A stretch of DNA of 53,917 nucleotides from Candidatus Desantisbacteria bacterium CG1_02_38_46 (GCA_001871015.1 MNUO01000046.1:1-53917); one strand, 5' to 3'; shown: positions 41,341 through 51,184, numbered from the stretch's first letter. Numbers and translations are program-made. The notes: a model not told the origin generated them from the sequence alone.

Positions 41341-43494
41341 TCACACTTCTGCCTCTTTGTCAAGTCCCCCAGGTAGGTTTTCTGCGATTTTTTTATTTTT
41401 CCTCAGGAGGAGGCAGGTCAGATAATCGCGCATGGGCATTAAATTTCTCAATGTGCCGGGAACTATATATTGAGATTTGACTCTTTCTATTTCAGCCATC
41501 ATATCATTATGCATATTAAGTGCTTCTTTTAATTTGTAAATTATCTGCCTGGATTTGGATGAAACCTTGCGCAGATTTTCTACTTCAAGAATAATCAGCA
41601 GTTCACGGTTGATATTTTTTATACGCTTGCACTCCGCCAGCCAGCAATCAATAAGGCGGGGGAAATTAGTTTTCTTTTCCTTAAAAGAAAGAAATCCTTT
41701 TTCGGCACTGGTTATATTTTCAATCATCTGCCCTATATCCTCACAGTATTTTTTCCCTTCTTTAGATAACGACTCGATAACTTCCTGAGGATAATGACGC
41801 GGGTAGGGATGACCGCCGGCAACGTAAGTATAGAAATAATATGGTAATTTACGTGCATAATGATCACAAGCATATTCATCTGTTGTAACGGCTTTTTCAA
41901 GTTCATCGAGAGCAGCTTTTCCTTTTTGCCATTGTGCACCGAAGATAAAACGAGCATATTTCTCTCGAAATTGCTCAAGCGTTTCTTTTTTTCTTTGATT
42001 CCAGGAATATTCAGCAAGACAATAGTAATTCTGATGATATCCGTAGTCGTAAACAGTGTAGCTTTGAGCTCCCTCAGCACCTTCCTTGTAACCCTTATCG
42101 AGCATATTGAAAATATTATTCAAGTAACTGCCGTACCAGCTCCAGTTCCAATAACAGGTTATCGGTTTCACCCATAAATTAAGCCCTAATTTATTATTTA
42201 CACCTGAAGGAAAATGGGGAAATTTTGAAGAAATTTCAGGTGCATACCACCAGCAGTCAATTACAACCTCCTTAAAAAGATTTTCTTTTTTCAGTCGCGA
42301 GGAAAAAGACTCATTAATTAAGCCAATTTTTGAGATGTAATCAGCATAGAGGATAATTTTTTTCATACCCTTCTCTTTAAGGTGCCGGGCAAGTTGTATG
42401 AAGAAATCAATAAAAAGTTCTTCCTTGGTTTTTGCAGAACACTGACTGCATTTACACCAGGGGTCAACTTTACGGTAGAGGTCTTTGAAGTCTACTCCAT
42501 TAACTTCATAAACTTCGTCTAACTGCAGGTGGAAGAAATCAATACCCTGAGGTTTAAGATATCTATCGATTATCTCGTCATAGATATTAAAAAGTAATTC
42601 GTAAGTTTTTGGATTGGTCAGGTAAAAACCGTAATTTGTAGGGACCCCAGTACTTTCTTTTGCTGAAACATCCGGATAAAGACGCGGTATAAGAGTATTA
42701 TGACCAGCACTGTTGAAATATGGAAAAACAATAACGTTTCTTTTTCTGCCATATGCAATTACTTCATCAAAAAAATCCCTCGTGAACATCTCCGGTAAAT
42801 AATCTGAAATCACTTCTCTTTTTCGCAAAGGAGAATAATAATGAATTCGCCAGGGGGTTTTTAAATCAGGATATTTCTTAAACGGCAATAAGAGAAACTC
42901 GGTAATTTTATTTTCATACTGGACGCACCAGCATCCGTACACTCCTATACCCAGAGCATTGAGTTTTATATTTGCCATATAATCAATGAGGTTTTTCCAG
43001 TCCTGAAGGGTCATCAAGTCAGGTCCCCATTTATTTTCTATGAACAAACCACGGTATTTATAATCTGGGAAATCCTTAATTTCTACTTCAGGCACAGTCA
43101 ATATACCATTTTTAAAATTGATTAGCTGAATCAAGGTCTGCACTGCATATAAAACGCCTGCAGGATTCTTACCTTCAATAATAACCTGCTCATCCCCGAT
43201 TTTTAAAAAATATCCATCCTCATCAGAAAATCCCTTTTTATGACTTGATTTCTTATTGTTTAAACTTCTGAGAAGAATCATTCTTTTCTTATTTTCAATT
43301 TTATCTGTTTTAATCAGCAAAAGTTTTTTCTTGCTTACATCTTCAATATATTTAATAAGCAACTCGGCAGATTCCTTCTCTAATTCAGATGCACTTTTGC
43401 TGATAACTACCGGCATATCTAATGCAATTGCTACTTCACCTTTCCTAATTTTTAATTCCTGCGGCTCAGGAAATATAACAATGTCTTTTTGCAT
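41341..43494 (-). CDS. GH20-like glycoside hydrolase (beta-N-acetylhexosaminidase-like)
   Basis: The N-terminal zincin-like domain ends in YAVQTLIQL ... IKDFPDYKYRGLFIE. The barrel carries FHLQLDEV (Asp-Glu pair). Start is at ATG 43492-43494 after AAGGAGA. Confidence 0.55.
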   Translation of the reverse strand: MQKDIVIFPEPQELKIRKGEVAIALDMPVVISKSASELEKESAELLIKYIEDVSKKKLLLIKTDKIENKKRMILLRSLNNKKSSHKKGFSDEDGYFLKIGDEQVIIEGKNPAGVLYAVQTLIQLINFKNGILTVPEVEIKDFPDYKYRGLFIENKWGPDLMTLQDWKNLIDYMANIKLNALGIGVYGCWCVQYENKITEFLLLPFKKYPDLKTPWRIHYYSPLRKREVISDYLPEMFTRDFFDEVIAYGRKRNVIVFPYFNSAGHNTLIPRLYPDVSAKESTGVPTNYGFYLTNPKTYELLFNIYDEIIDRYLKPQGIDFFHLQLDEVYEVNGVDFKDLYRKVDPWCKCSQCSAKTKEELFIDFFIQLARHLKEKGMKKIILYADYISKIGLINESFSSRLKKENLFKEVVIDCWWYAPEISSKFPHFPSGVNNKLGLNLWVKPITCYWNWSWYGSYLNNIFNMLDKGYKEGAEGAQSYTVYDYGYHQNYYCLAEYSWNQRKKETLEQFREKYARFIFGAQWQKGKAALDELEKAVTTDEYACDHYARKLPYYFYTYVAGGHPYPRHYPQEVIESLSKEGKKYCEDIGQMIENITSAEKGFLSFKEKKTNFPRLIDCWLAECKRIKNINRELLIILEVENLRKVSSKSRQIIYKLKEALNMHNDMMAEIERVKSQYIVPGTLRNLMPMRDYLTCLLLRKNKKIAENLPGGLDKEAEV

Positions 43495-43535
43495 TTCATC
43501 TCCTTGTCGAGTAAACTCGACCACTACAAAAAATT

Positions 43536-44969
43536 TTATTCCAATTCCGGGCCCAATATACCATAACCCCAGGGTTCTGTGGAAGGCTTGACTTTCGGAC
43601 ATTCTGGAATCTTTCCAGGCTTGAGTTTATTTGCAAGCTCTACACATGTTTCAACAATTTTTTCTCCTGCAGAAATCTCCAAATTGGAATAACTTGTTAA
43701 AACTGTTTCATATCCTCCGCCCTGCGAGTTGAATGCTTCTTCTGTGGGAACATAGCCCACACATCCATTAGCTAATTCCACAATGTAAGTAAAAGGAAAA
43801 GGACTTTTCTTTTTTATATCCAGCCCCAGCTGGCAGAAATACTCTGCGGGATTTGATAAGAAAATTGCTGGTCCAATCTGGATTGCCTGAACTTCTGCAT
43901 CTATACAAGGTTCTTTTTTCACCAAATAGTTGAGAACAATGACTTCTTTAGCAAATGTCCAGGCTGTTGAATTTTTAGGAGAACTTTTAACAATATTAAA
44001 GCTTTTTTTAAGATGTTCTTTACCTGGTTTTCTTCTTTTAAAACGGAGCACTCTGCTTGCCGCCTTTATTGGTTTCAATTCTCCCGGAAATGCTGTTGCA
44101 AGGACCTTTAATGCTTCTGCTCCAACTCTCTGACCTACGATGCGGGAAACCCTTTCTCCGAAATCCGAACCTTCCAGAGATAAATTGTTTACCTGAGTAA
44201 TGTCACCGCAGGCACCATTAAGAAAAACGACATTTGCATCCCTGCCGTAAACTCCCTGAATTGTATTTTCCAGGAAATAAATCCAATCTGCAGAAACCCC
44301 TTTAAAAGGAGCAGTAGTAGCATGACAGGCGTAATTAACAACACACCCAAGAAGTTTTCCGTTTTTTTCCCAGGCAGCAAGAACTCCAACTTCCGGGTCA
44401 ATCGGACCGGAGGGTCCAATGATTTCTGGATTACCTTTTCCTGGATGGGTGTATGTCCTTGCGTTTTTCATTTTAAAACGACGATTATAACAAGCCTTAT
44501 CCTCATAACCACTTCCAACAGAAAGTAAAACTTCCTTTTTATTCTGCTCGGCTTCACAGATTGCAGAAACAGTCTGGTTTATTACTGATTGATAATAAAA
44601 TGAATCGGTAATAACTGAATGATTTAAAGCAAGAGATTTTATCAGAGCAGGAGCATCTTTAAATTTTTCAGGCAGGGGCCCAAAAAACGGCCCAGCCGAA
44701 TGGTCATGGGAAGCAGCAATCAAAATACAATCCCCTTTAATTCCACATCTTTTTTCTACTTCTTTTCTTATTTCTTCCACTGCTTGAAATGACTGGATGG
44801 CAAGAGTGTCAATTCCAACTAAAGCAACTTTTTCTTTTCCGTCATCAAACACACTTGCTCTCACTTTTAAAGAATCGTGAATTTCGCTAATATAAACTTT
44901 ACTATATCCACCCGGTTTTTCCATTCCAATTGCTGGAGTAATATCTCTTTCACAAAAACCTGCTTTCAT
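43536..44969 (-). CDS. Neutral/alkaline ceramidase N-terminal-domain-like hydrolase (paralog 1)
   Basis: MKAGFCERDITPAIGMEKPGGY ... HDSLKVRASVFDDGKEKVALVGIDT ... ASHDHSAGP. It is paralogous to 46047-47423. Confidence 0.45.
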   Translation of the reverse strand: MKAGFCERDITPAIGMEKPGGYSKVYISEIHDSLKVRASVFDDGKEKVALVGIDTLAIQSFQAVEEIRKEVEKRCGIKGDCILIAASHDHSAGPFFGPLPEKFKDAPALIKSLALNHSVITDSFYYQSVINQTVSAICEAEQNKKEVLLSVGSGYEDKACYNRRFKMKNARTYTHPGKGNPEIIGPSGPIDPEVGVLAAWEKNGKLLGCVVNYACHATTAPFKGVSADWIYFLENTIQGVYGRDANVVFLNGACGDITQVNNLSLEGSDFGERVSRIVGQRVGAEALKVLATAFPGELKPIKAASRVLRFKRRKPGKEHLKKSFNIVKSSPKNSTAWTFAKEVIVLNYLVKKEPCIDAEVQAIQIGPAIFLSNPAEYFCQLGLDIKKKSPFPFTYIVELANGCVGYVPTEEAFNSQGGGYETVLTSYSNLEISAGEKIVETCVELANKLKPGKIPECPKVKPSTEPWGYGILGPELE

Positions 44970-45043
44970 TTTATTCTCCTCAAAACATAACCACTTCCAT
45001 AGGCGCCAGCAGATAAAGAGTAAGGCAATTTACCTGGTATTTG

Positions 45044-46054
45044 CTATTTGTCATATGTCAAGACCTGACACATAATTCCTGATTTTGAAGATTCTACTGC
45101 TGCTAAACAGGTAGCAACTGTTCTTGCTCCTTCTCTTGCATCCATTAGCAAAGGATTCCTGCCACGAATACAATCTATAAACTCATTTACTTCTGCACGT
45201 ATATTATGAGAAGCAATATCCACGGGAATATCAACAAATTCAAGTTTCTCCATTCCTGTATCATAAATCTTGATATGGGGAGTGGTATTATCGCTTATTA
45301 TAGTACCCTTACTTCCATAAAATACTGAGCGCATGGTATAAGGCCGTTTACACCCAATAGATACAAAAACTTTACCTATAACACCACTCTTAAATTTAAA
45401 TGCAGCAATTGTACAATCGTCAACAGGCCAATCAGTCAGAACCCGGTGATTTGCATAAGCAAAAGTTTCTTCAACATCTCCAGCTATCCAGCGCACAAGG
45501 TCCACAGCATGGCATCCTCCACCCAAAAAAGGCTCTCTTATTTTCACCGGGTCCTTTCTCCACCCCCCAACTCCACCAACCTTCCTATAGTCATGTGCAT
45601 ATTCAGATTCAACATAAAATAGCTCTCCAATCCTGCCTTCATCTATTAATTTTTTGGTCATTTGAAAACCAGGTGCAAATCTACAAATCTGCCCTACCAT
45701 AAACTTACATTCTGATTTCTCTGCAGCCTCAATAATAGTCTGACAATCTTCAAGTGTGGGAACCATTGGCTTTTCACATAGAACATGTTTTCCAGATTTT
45801 AAAGCAGCAATTGATTGCTCAGCATGCAAGTAATCGGGTGTTGCCACTGAAACTATATCAATATCTTTTTTATCCAGAAGTTCTTTATAATCCTGAGTTA
45901 TAAATTTGACATTGTACTTCTCGGCTAATTCTTTAAGCTTCTCCTCATCTGTATCACAAATACCTTTCACCTCAACCTCGGGATGATTTGCATATGCATA
46001 TAGATGTTCGCCCCCCATTCTTAATCCTATTACTCCTGCTCCAAGTTTATCCAT
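45044..46054 (-). CDS. Gfo/Idh/MocA-family NAD(P)-dependent oxidoreductase
   Basis: GAGVIGLRMGGEHL ... VATPDYLHAEQSIAALKSGKHVLCEKPM. The last 9 codons and stop are encoded by a solo repeat end (45044-45071). Confidence 0.85.
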   Translation of the reverse strand: MDKLGAGVIGLRMGGEHLYAYANHPEVEVKGICDTDEEKLKELAEKYNVKFITQDYKELLDKKDIDIVSVATPDYLHAEQSIAALKSGKHVLCEKPMVPTLEDCQTIIEAAEKSECKFMVGQICRFAPGFQMTKKLIDEGRIGELFYVESEYAHDYRKVGGVGGWRKDPVKIREPFLGGGCHAVDLVRWIAGDVEETFAYANHRVLTDWPVDDCTIAAFKFKSGVIGKVFVSIGCKRPYTMRSVFYGSKGTIISDNTTPHIKIYDTGMEKLEFVDIPVDIASHNIRAEVNEFIDCIRGRNPLLMDAREGARTVATCLAAVESSKSGIMCQVLTYDK

Positions 46055-47423
46055 TATCTCCTCCCAATTCCTTTAAAACTCCCAGAGATAATTTTACCAT
46101 TTTATCCCCAGCACTCTGTTCTGCCCAACTCGAACTTCCTAACATTGTTTCATATCCACCTTCAGAAAATGCTTTTTTTGTCGGGACATATCCAACCCAG
46201 TCATTGGCAAGTTCTGCAATGAATGTCCAAGGCTTAAATGGAGATTTCTTTTTGATTTCAAGGCCAAGTTCAACAAAAAATTCACACGGAACCCCAACAA
46301 TTACTCCCTTCCCTATCCTGATTACCTGAATCTCTGTATCTTCCCATTTATTTTTTAGTGAAGATAATCTCAAAATTGATTTTGCATATGTCTTTGTGAT
46401 TAAGGGGTCGTCTCTCATTCCCATTATAGGAGTTTTTTCATCACAGATTTTCTCAAGTTCTTCCGGATTTGCTTTTAAAACCCGCTTTGCCCACCCTACA
46501 TCTTTATTAGAAATCTTTCGATGTTTTATCCTTAAAGGTTTAAGCATTGCACCTATTTTACAATCTTCATCCATCATTTTAATTTTCTCAATAACCTTTA
46601 ACGCCTCTGCTCCGAGTAAAGTTCCCATATATTTCGCCTGGCCAAAATAGCGTTTTCGGTAAGCCGGAGGGAATTTTTTAACATTGATATGGTTTATATC
46701 TCCACAGGCACCGTTCAAACATATTATTTCTACTCCTTCGCCAACAATATCCCGGATAACTTTTCTTGTATAACCAAGATATCCCGCAGAAATGAGATTT
46801 CCACCAACAGTATCTGAATGGCAGGTGTAATGGACAATCAATGCCTTGAGCTCACCATTCAAATCTTCAATTTTAATAACTCCTACCTGCGGGTCTATTG
46901 GCCCTGCAGGTCTGATAATGTTTGGATTCAGAAAGCCAGGATTAGTCCTGACTATTCCTTCTTTTAACCAGTATCTTCTATTAAAAGCAATGGTGTTTTC
47001 TCTGCCGTTTCCAAATCCGATTCGTACTTCTTTTAATCTGGAATTGGCAAGGACAATTGATTCAGCAACCTTTTTTACGAATGTTTGTTCTGTCCATTCC
47101 TTTTCATAAGGAATACGGTCGAACAGACGGGTAACTGAAGTAGGACCTGTATGTATGTGGGTGCAATGGATTAGGATGTTATTCTTTGGAATCCCTGTTT
47201 TTCTTTCAGCAATTTTGCGAATTTTTTGCGTCATTGGTAGTTGCAAAGCACAGAGGTCCACAGAAACAATTGCTATTTTTTTATTTCCGTCAGAAAGAAC
47301 CAAAGCGTTTGAAAAAATCGGGTCGTGAACTCCTTCAGACCTTCTTTCATGAAAATATCCCATCATGCTTGTTCCCTTTGGTGGGCTAATATCAACCCGT
47401 GATGCTCCGGCATAAACAGACAT
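46047..47423 (-). CDS. Neutral/alkaline ceramidase N-terminal-domain-like hydrolase (paralog 2)
   Basis: MSVYAGASRVDISPPKGTSMMGYF ... HDPIFSNALVLSDGNKKIAIVSVDL ... CTHIHTGP. Start is at ATG 47421-47423 after AAGGAGGA. Confidence 0.45.
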   Translation of the reverse strand: MSVYAGASRVDISPPKGTSMMGYFHERRSEGVHDPIFSNALVLSDGNKKIAIVSVDLCALQLPMTQKIRKIAERKTGIPKNNILIHCTHIHTGPTSVTRLFDRIPYEKEWTEQTFVKKVAESIVLANSRLKEVRIGFGNGRENTIAFNRRYWLKEGIVRTNPGFLNPNIIRPAGPIDPQVGVIKIEDLNGELKALIVHYTCHSDTVGGNLISAGYLGYTRKVIRDIVGEGVEIICLNGACGDINHINVKKFPPAYRKRYFGQAKYMGTLLGAEALKVIEKIKMMDEDCKIGAMLKPLRIKHRKISNKDVGWAKRVLKANPEELEKICDEKTPIMGMRDDPLITKTYAKSILRLSSLKNKWEDTEIQVIRIGKGVIVGVPCEFFVELGLEIKKKSPFKPWTFIAELANDWVGYVPTKKAFSEGGYETMLGSSSWAEQSAGDKMVKLSLGVLKELGGDNG

Positions 47424-47435
47424 TCTTCCTCCTTG

Positions 47436-47504
47436 GGTGTCAGGTCTTGACAAATGACAAATATCAGGACTAAAGTCCTGAGTTACATGTCAAGACCTGA
47501 CACC
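47436..47504. repeat. 69-bp MITE-like element: the same 17-bp terminal inverted repeats as 21144-21346, with one palindromic unit
   Basis: GGTGTCAGGTCTTGACA (47436-47452), then TCAGGACTAAAGTCCTGAGTTACA, then TGTCAAGACCTGACACC (47488-47504). Confidence 0.9.
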
Positions 47505-47508
47505 TACT

Positions 47509-48786
47509 TCACTTTGCATAAACTTGGGCAACTTTTTTGATTGCTCTGCCAATAAGATGAGCATGCTCATCCTTAATTGTAGGCCATATATGCACAACAA
47601 AAGTCCTTTCCTCTAACCATGCACAGTTAGGACAGAAGACTTTGTCGTATTTTACTGCTTCAGGGTCAGTATATTCTTTTGATTCAAAAGGAAATTTAAA
47701 TTTCCCGAATCCATTATGCTCAGTAAATGCTTTTTCTTTATAAGACTGTGGCCAGAATTCTTTCCAGGCATAAACACCCTCAGCAATTACAGCATTCAAA
47801 AAAGTAGTCTTATCGCAAGTAAGTTTATCCAGATTGATAACAACAGGATAAACATAAAAACCATTTTTCTTCTCTTCTGTATTCACCGGCAAATATGAAA
47901 TCTGCGGACAATCTTTCAACGCATCAGTTATAATCCGGGCATTCCTCCTTCTCTGTGGTAAGTTCCAGGTATCAATTTTTTCCAGTTCTTTTAATCCAAT
48001 TACTGATTGCATCTCTGTCATACGGTAATTAAAACCTACACGGCGATGAATATAAGGAAGAGCCTGTTCCATTTCTAATAATGACATTCTTTTCTTTACA
48101 TCGTATCCGTGGTCACGGAAAGAACGAGCTTCCCACGCAGCATCTTCGTTATTGGTAATAACCATCCCTCCTTCTCCGCCAGTGGTAAAGGTTTTATTCT
48201 GACAAAAACTAAAACAACCCGCATCGCCAATACTTCCCAGTTTTTTACCTTTATATTCAGCACCGTGGGCCTCAGCTGCATCCTCAATTACATAAAGTCC
48301 ATACTTTTTGGCTGTAGCCATAATTTTATCCATTTCACAAACTTGACCGTAGAGATGCACGGGAATAATTGCTTTTGTTCGCTTGGTAATTTTACTTTCA
48401 ATCTCATCCGGGTCAATACAATGGTCTTCTTTTCGAACATCGACAAATACAGGAATTGCGCCAGCCTGTAAAATGCAAAAAGATGAAGCAATAAAAGTAT
48501 AAGGAACTGTAATTACTTCATCCCCGGGACCTACATTTAAAGCACCTAAAGCTGTATGCAGGGCACTTGTTCCGTTAGAAGTTGAAATACCATATTTTGC
48601 CCCGCACCATTTCGCAAATTTTTCCTCAAACTCCATACCCTTTTTACCTGTCCAGTAATTAACTTTCCCGCTTTTCAAAACTTCCATTACAGCATGGACT
48701 GTGCCTTCATCAAACCACGGCCAACCGGGAAGCGGATCTTTAATTACCTTTTCTCCACCTTCAATTGCTAATTTTTCTCCTGCCAT
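47509..48786 (-). CDS. DegT/DnrJ/EryC1/StrS-family aminotransferase
   Basis: WPWFDEGTVHAVMEVLKSGKVNYWTGKKGMEFEEKFAKWCG ... SNGTSALHTAL ... FSFCQNKTFTTGGEGG. Confidence 0.85.
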   Translation of the reverse strand: MAGEKLAIEGGEKVIKDPLPGWPWFDEGTVHAVMEVLKSGKVNYWTGKKGMEFEEKFAKWCGAKYGISTSNGTSALHTALGALNVGPGDEVITVPYTFIASSFCILQAGAIPVFVDVRKEDHCIDPDEIESKITKRTKAIIPVHLYGQVCEMDKIMATAKKYGLYVIEDAAEAHGAEYKGKKLGSIGDAGCFSFCQNKTFTTGGEGGMVITNNEDAAWEARSFRDHGYDVKKRMSLLEMEQALPYIHRRVGFNYRMTEMQSVIGLKELEKIDTWNLPQRRRNARIITDALKDCPQISYLPVNTEEKKNGFYVYPVVINLDKLTCDKTTFLNAVIAEGVYAWKEFWPQSYKEKAFTEHNGFGKFKFPFESKEYTDPEAVKYDKVFCPNCAWLEERTFVVHIWPTIKDEHAHLIGRAIKKVAQVYAK

Positions 48787-48803
48787 TTTGCCCTCCTCGT
48801 AGA

Positions 48804-48853
48804 CCCCCCCGTTTAGATTGTCAGATTTTTTAAATCTGACAATCTGGGGGGGG
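48804..48853 (-). repeat. Long G/C-clamped hairpin between the oxidoreductase and aminotransferase genes
   Basis: A C7 run, GTTT, a perfect 14-bp stem AGATTGTCAGATTT/AAATCTGACAATCT with loop TTT, then a G8 run. Confidence 0.85.
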
Positions 48854-48869
48854 TTATATTTTAAAATAA

Positions 48870-49910
48870 TTAAATTTCAATTACTCTTTTTTCTTCTGCT
48901 GACTTATAACAACCTAAAACTACTTTTTGACTCCATAAACCATCTTCTCCGCAAACAGAAGGAGAAATATTTTCTTCAATGCAACGAGAAAAACTTTCTA
49001 TTTCTGCCTGGTACATATTTACAGGTGTAAACTTTATTTCTTCGGCACTTGATGTAGTTCTTTGCTGTGCTGCATCATATCCTTTTTCTTCTTTCTCTAA
49101 GTAAGCAATAGCCTCCCCTGTGGGCATCTGCCCTATGCTTCCCCTGGCAATCACACTTCCTTTACTTCCGTAAATTTCCAGAATATTTTTGGAAGAAGCG
49201 TCGGGGATATTAAAATAATTATCAACGAGACCCTGCGCACTATTTTCAAATTTCAACATTACCGTAGAAGAATCTTCTGCAGCATAATTTTGCACTAGCG
49301 TCCCAACAAAACAGGAAACACTTTTAACTTTTGCCTCCATAATAAATTCTAACAAATCAATGCAATGAGAACCCATATCAATAAGTGAACCTCCCCCTCC
49401 TAATTTTGGAATTTGTCTCCAGGCATTTGGAATTAAGGGATACCAGCAGGAAAGTTGAGCACGAGCAAAAACAATTTTACCAAGAATTCCTTGCTTGACC
49501 ATCTCTTTAATTTTTTGATGAAGAGAATGAAATCGCATCATAAATCCAACACCAAGATTGACATTTTCTTTTTTACAGGCTTGAATCATTTTTTCGCATT
49601 CTTCTACGGTCATACCCATTGACTTTTCACAAAGAACGTGTTTTTTATGTTTTGCAGCTAAAATTGTCTGGGAAGCATGAAGACAAGTAGGTGTAGCGAT
49701 ATAGACTGCCTCAACCTCCGGGTCTTTTAAAAGTTCTTCCTCATTTAAATAGCCCTTTACTCCATATTTCTCGCTGATTTCTTTAGCTTTGTCGGGAGCG
49801 GTATCCATGACAGCCACTAATTTACTATTACTGCCCTTTGTTATTCCCTCTGGAATTGTCCTCCTTGCAGCAATTCCTCCGCAACCAATCACTCCCCATT
49901 TTACTGCCAT
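48870..49910 (-). CDS. Gfo/Idh/MocA-family oxidoreductase
   Basis: MAVKWGVIGCGGIAARR ... IATPTCLHASQTILAAKHKKHVLCEKSM. ATG 49908-49910 follows GAGGAGG. Confidence 0.85.
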   Translation of the reverse strand: MAVKWGVIGCGGIAARRTIPEGITKGSNSKLVAVMDTAPDKAKEISEKYGVKGYLNEEELLKDPEVEAVYIATPTCLHASQTILAAKHKKHVLCEKSMGMTVEECEKMIQACKKENVNLGVGFMMRFHSLHQKIKEMVKQGILGKIVFARAQLSCWYPLIPNAWRQIPKLGGGGSLIDMGSHCIDLLEFIMEAKVKSVSCFVGTLVQNYAAEDSSTVMLKFENSAQGLVDNYFNIPDASSKNILEIYGSKGSVIARGSIGQMPTGEAIAYLEKEEKGYDAAQQRTTSSAEEIKFTPVNMYQAEIESFSRCIEENISPSVCGEDGLWSQKVVLGCYKSAEEKRVIEI

Positions 49911-49924
49911 CTTGGCCTCCTCTC

Positions 49925-51109
49925 TCATCTTTTTCCTTCAAGACATGAAAATTCAAATACCTTGTCCATTACCAATGCATCTGCACCCAGTGCTCCTCCA
50001 TAGTCACCCAGTACGGAATTTTTGAATTCAACTGCTTTAAGTGAATCTTGATAGGCATACTCGTTTATTGCGCTATATATTGACTGAAGCAATAAATCTC
50101 CAATTTTAGTAAGACCACCTGCAAAAACAATAATCTCCGGGTTTAATAAGTTAATAAGATTTGCTGTAGCAATCCCGATATATTTACCGCTTTCCTTTAT
50201 AATATCCTGTGCCACAACATCCCCTCCTGCGGCAAGCCCTGATATTTCCTTTACATCAAAAACACGAGCAGGCGATGCTCTTTGTTCATACTCTTTTGAA
50301 ATTGCAAAACCTGAAACAATGGCCTCCAGACATCCTCTTTTTCCGCACCGACAAATTTTGCCGCTGGAATTAACAATAGTATGCCCAATTTCGCCAGCAT
50401 CAAATGTAGCACCTGTATGAAGAACGCCGTTGTTGAATATGGCACAACCAATTCCGAAACCAAGATCCATAAGAATAAAATTATCAACATCTTTACAGCA
50501 GCCAAAAACTTTTTCTGCCAACCCCATTGTGCGGGAACAATCCTCCATAAGAACAGGAATTCCAAATTTACCCTGCAGAATTTGTCTTATTGGAACATTC
50601 TGCCAGTTGCTCAGATTTGCAGCATAAACTGATATTCCATTCTGTCTGTCGATAATACCAGGAGATGCAAAACCGATACCTATAACCCTTTTGTGCTGGA
50701 TGTCTGTTAGGAGAAAATCTAAAATTTCTAAAATCTTTTGTATTATAGAGTCTTTCTCTTCATCTGCACTGATTTCTATATTTTTTGAATTATTAATGCT
50801 TCCTTTAGAATTAGTAATCACTCCTGCGATATGAGTTGCGCCGAGGTCTAAACCAATATAAAGGTCATCGGGATTCAACTGAAGCTTCTGCGCAGGCCTC
50901 CCGCCAGAGGGCGGGTTGAAACCTGCTGTCTTCACAAATCCACTCTTCATAAGTGACCTGATGAGGTTCGTGATGGTTTTTGCATCCAGATGCGTTTGGT
51001 GGGTGAGGTCAACACGAGAAAGAAATTCATTTTCTCGTAGAAGATTAAGTACTTTCAATTCGTTCTCTCGCTTCATTTTAAAATGACTATTGCTTCGAGG
51101 ATTTTTCAT
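49925..51109 (-). CDS. ROK-family transcriptional regulator (NagC/XylR-like)
   Basis: An N-terminal winged HTH (LNLLRENEFLSRVDLTHQTHLDAKTITNLIRSLMKSGFV) precedes a ROK sugar-kinase-like domain (GLDLGATHI, GEIGHT, CRCGKRGCLE). Confidence 0.85.
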   Translation of the reverse strand: MKNPRSNSHFKMKRENELKVLNLLRENEFLSRVDLTHQTHLDAKTITNLIRSLMKSGFVKTAGFNPPSGGRPAQKLQLNPDDLYIGLDLGATHIAGVITNSKGSINNSKNIEISADEEKDSIIQKILEILDFLLTDIQHKRVIGIGFASPGIIDRQNGISVYAANLSNWQNVPIRQILQGKFGIPVLMEDCSRTMGLAEKVFGCCKDVDNFILMDLGFGIGCAIFNNGVLHTGATFDAGEIGHTIVNSSGKICRCGKRGCLEAIVSGFAISKEYEQRASPARVFDVKEISGLAAGGDVVAQDIIKESGKYIGIATANLINLLNPEIIVFAGGLTKIGDLLLQSIYSAINEYAYQDSLKAVEFKNSVLGDYGGALGADALVMDKVFEFSCLEGKR

Positions 51110-51151
51110 AGCTTTCTTACTTTATGGAAGATTTCTAATAAGTCTACAAAT

Positions 51152-51180
51152 ATAATAGCACAAAACTTTTAAAAAGTCAA
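51152..51180 (-). promoter_or_regulatory. Sigma-70-type promoter of the ROK-led locus
   Basis: TTGACT (51175-51180), a 17-nt spacer and TATTAT (51152-51157). Confidence 0.5.
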
Positions 51181-51184
51181 GTTT

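Noticed and set aside
43495-43602. N-terminal extensions suggested by the ORF track for several genes (43602, 47453, 52924, 49928, 8296, 5355, 15631, 35143, 36089, 14012, 4964).
   Set aside because: The extensions overlap upstream genes, repeats or promoters, start at weak TTG or GTG codons, and lack homology. Internal ATGs with good SD sequences match the conserved protein N-termini.
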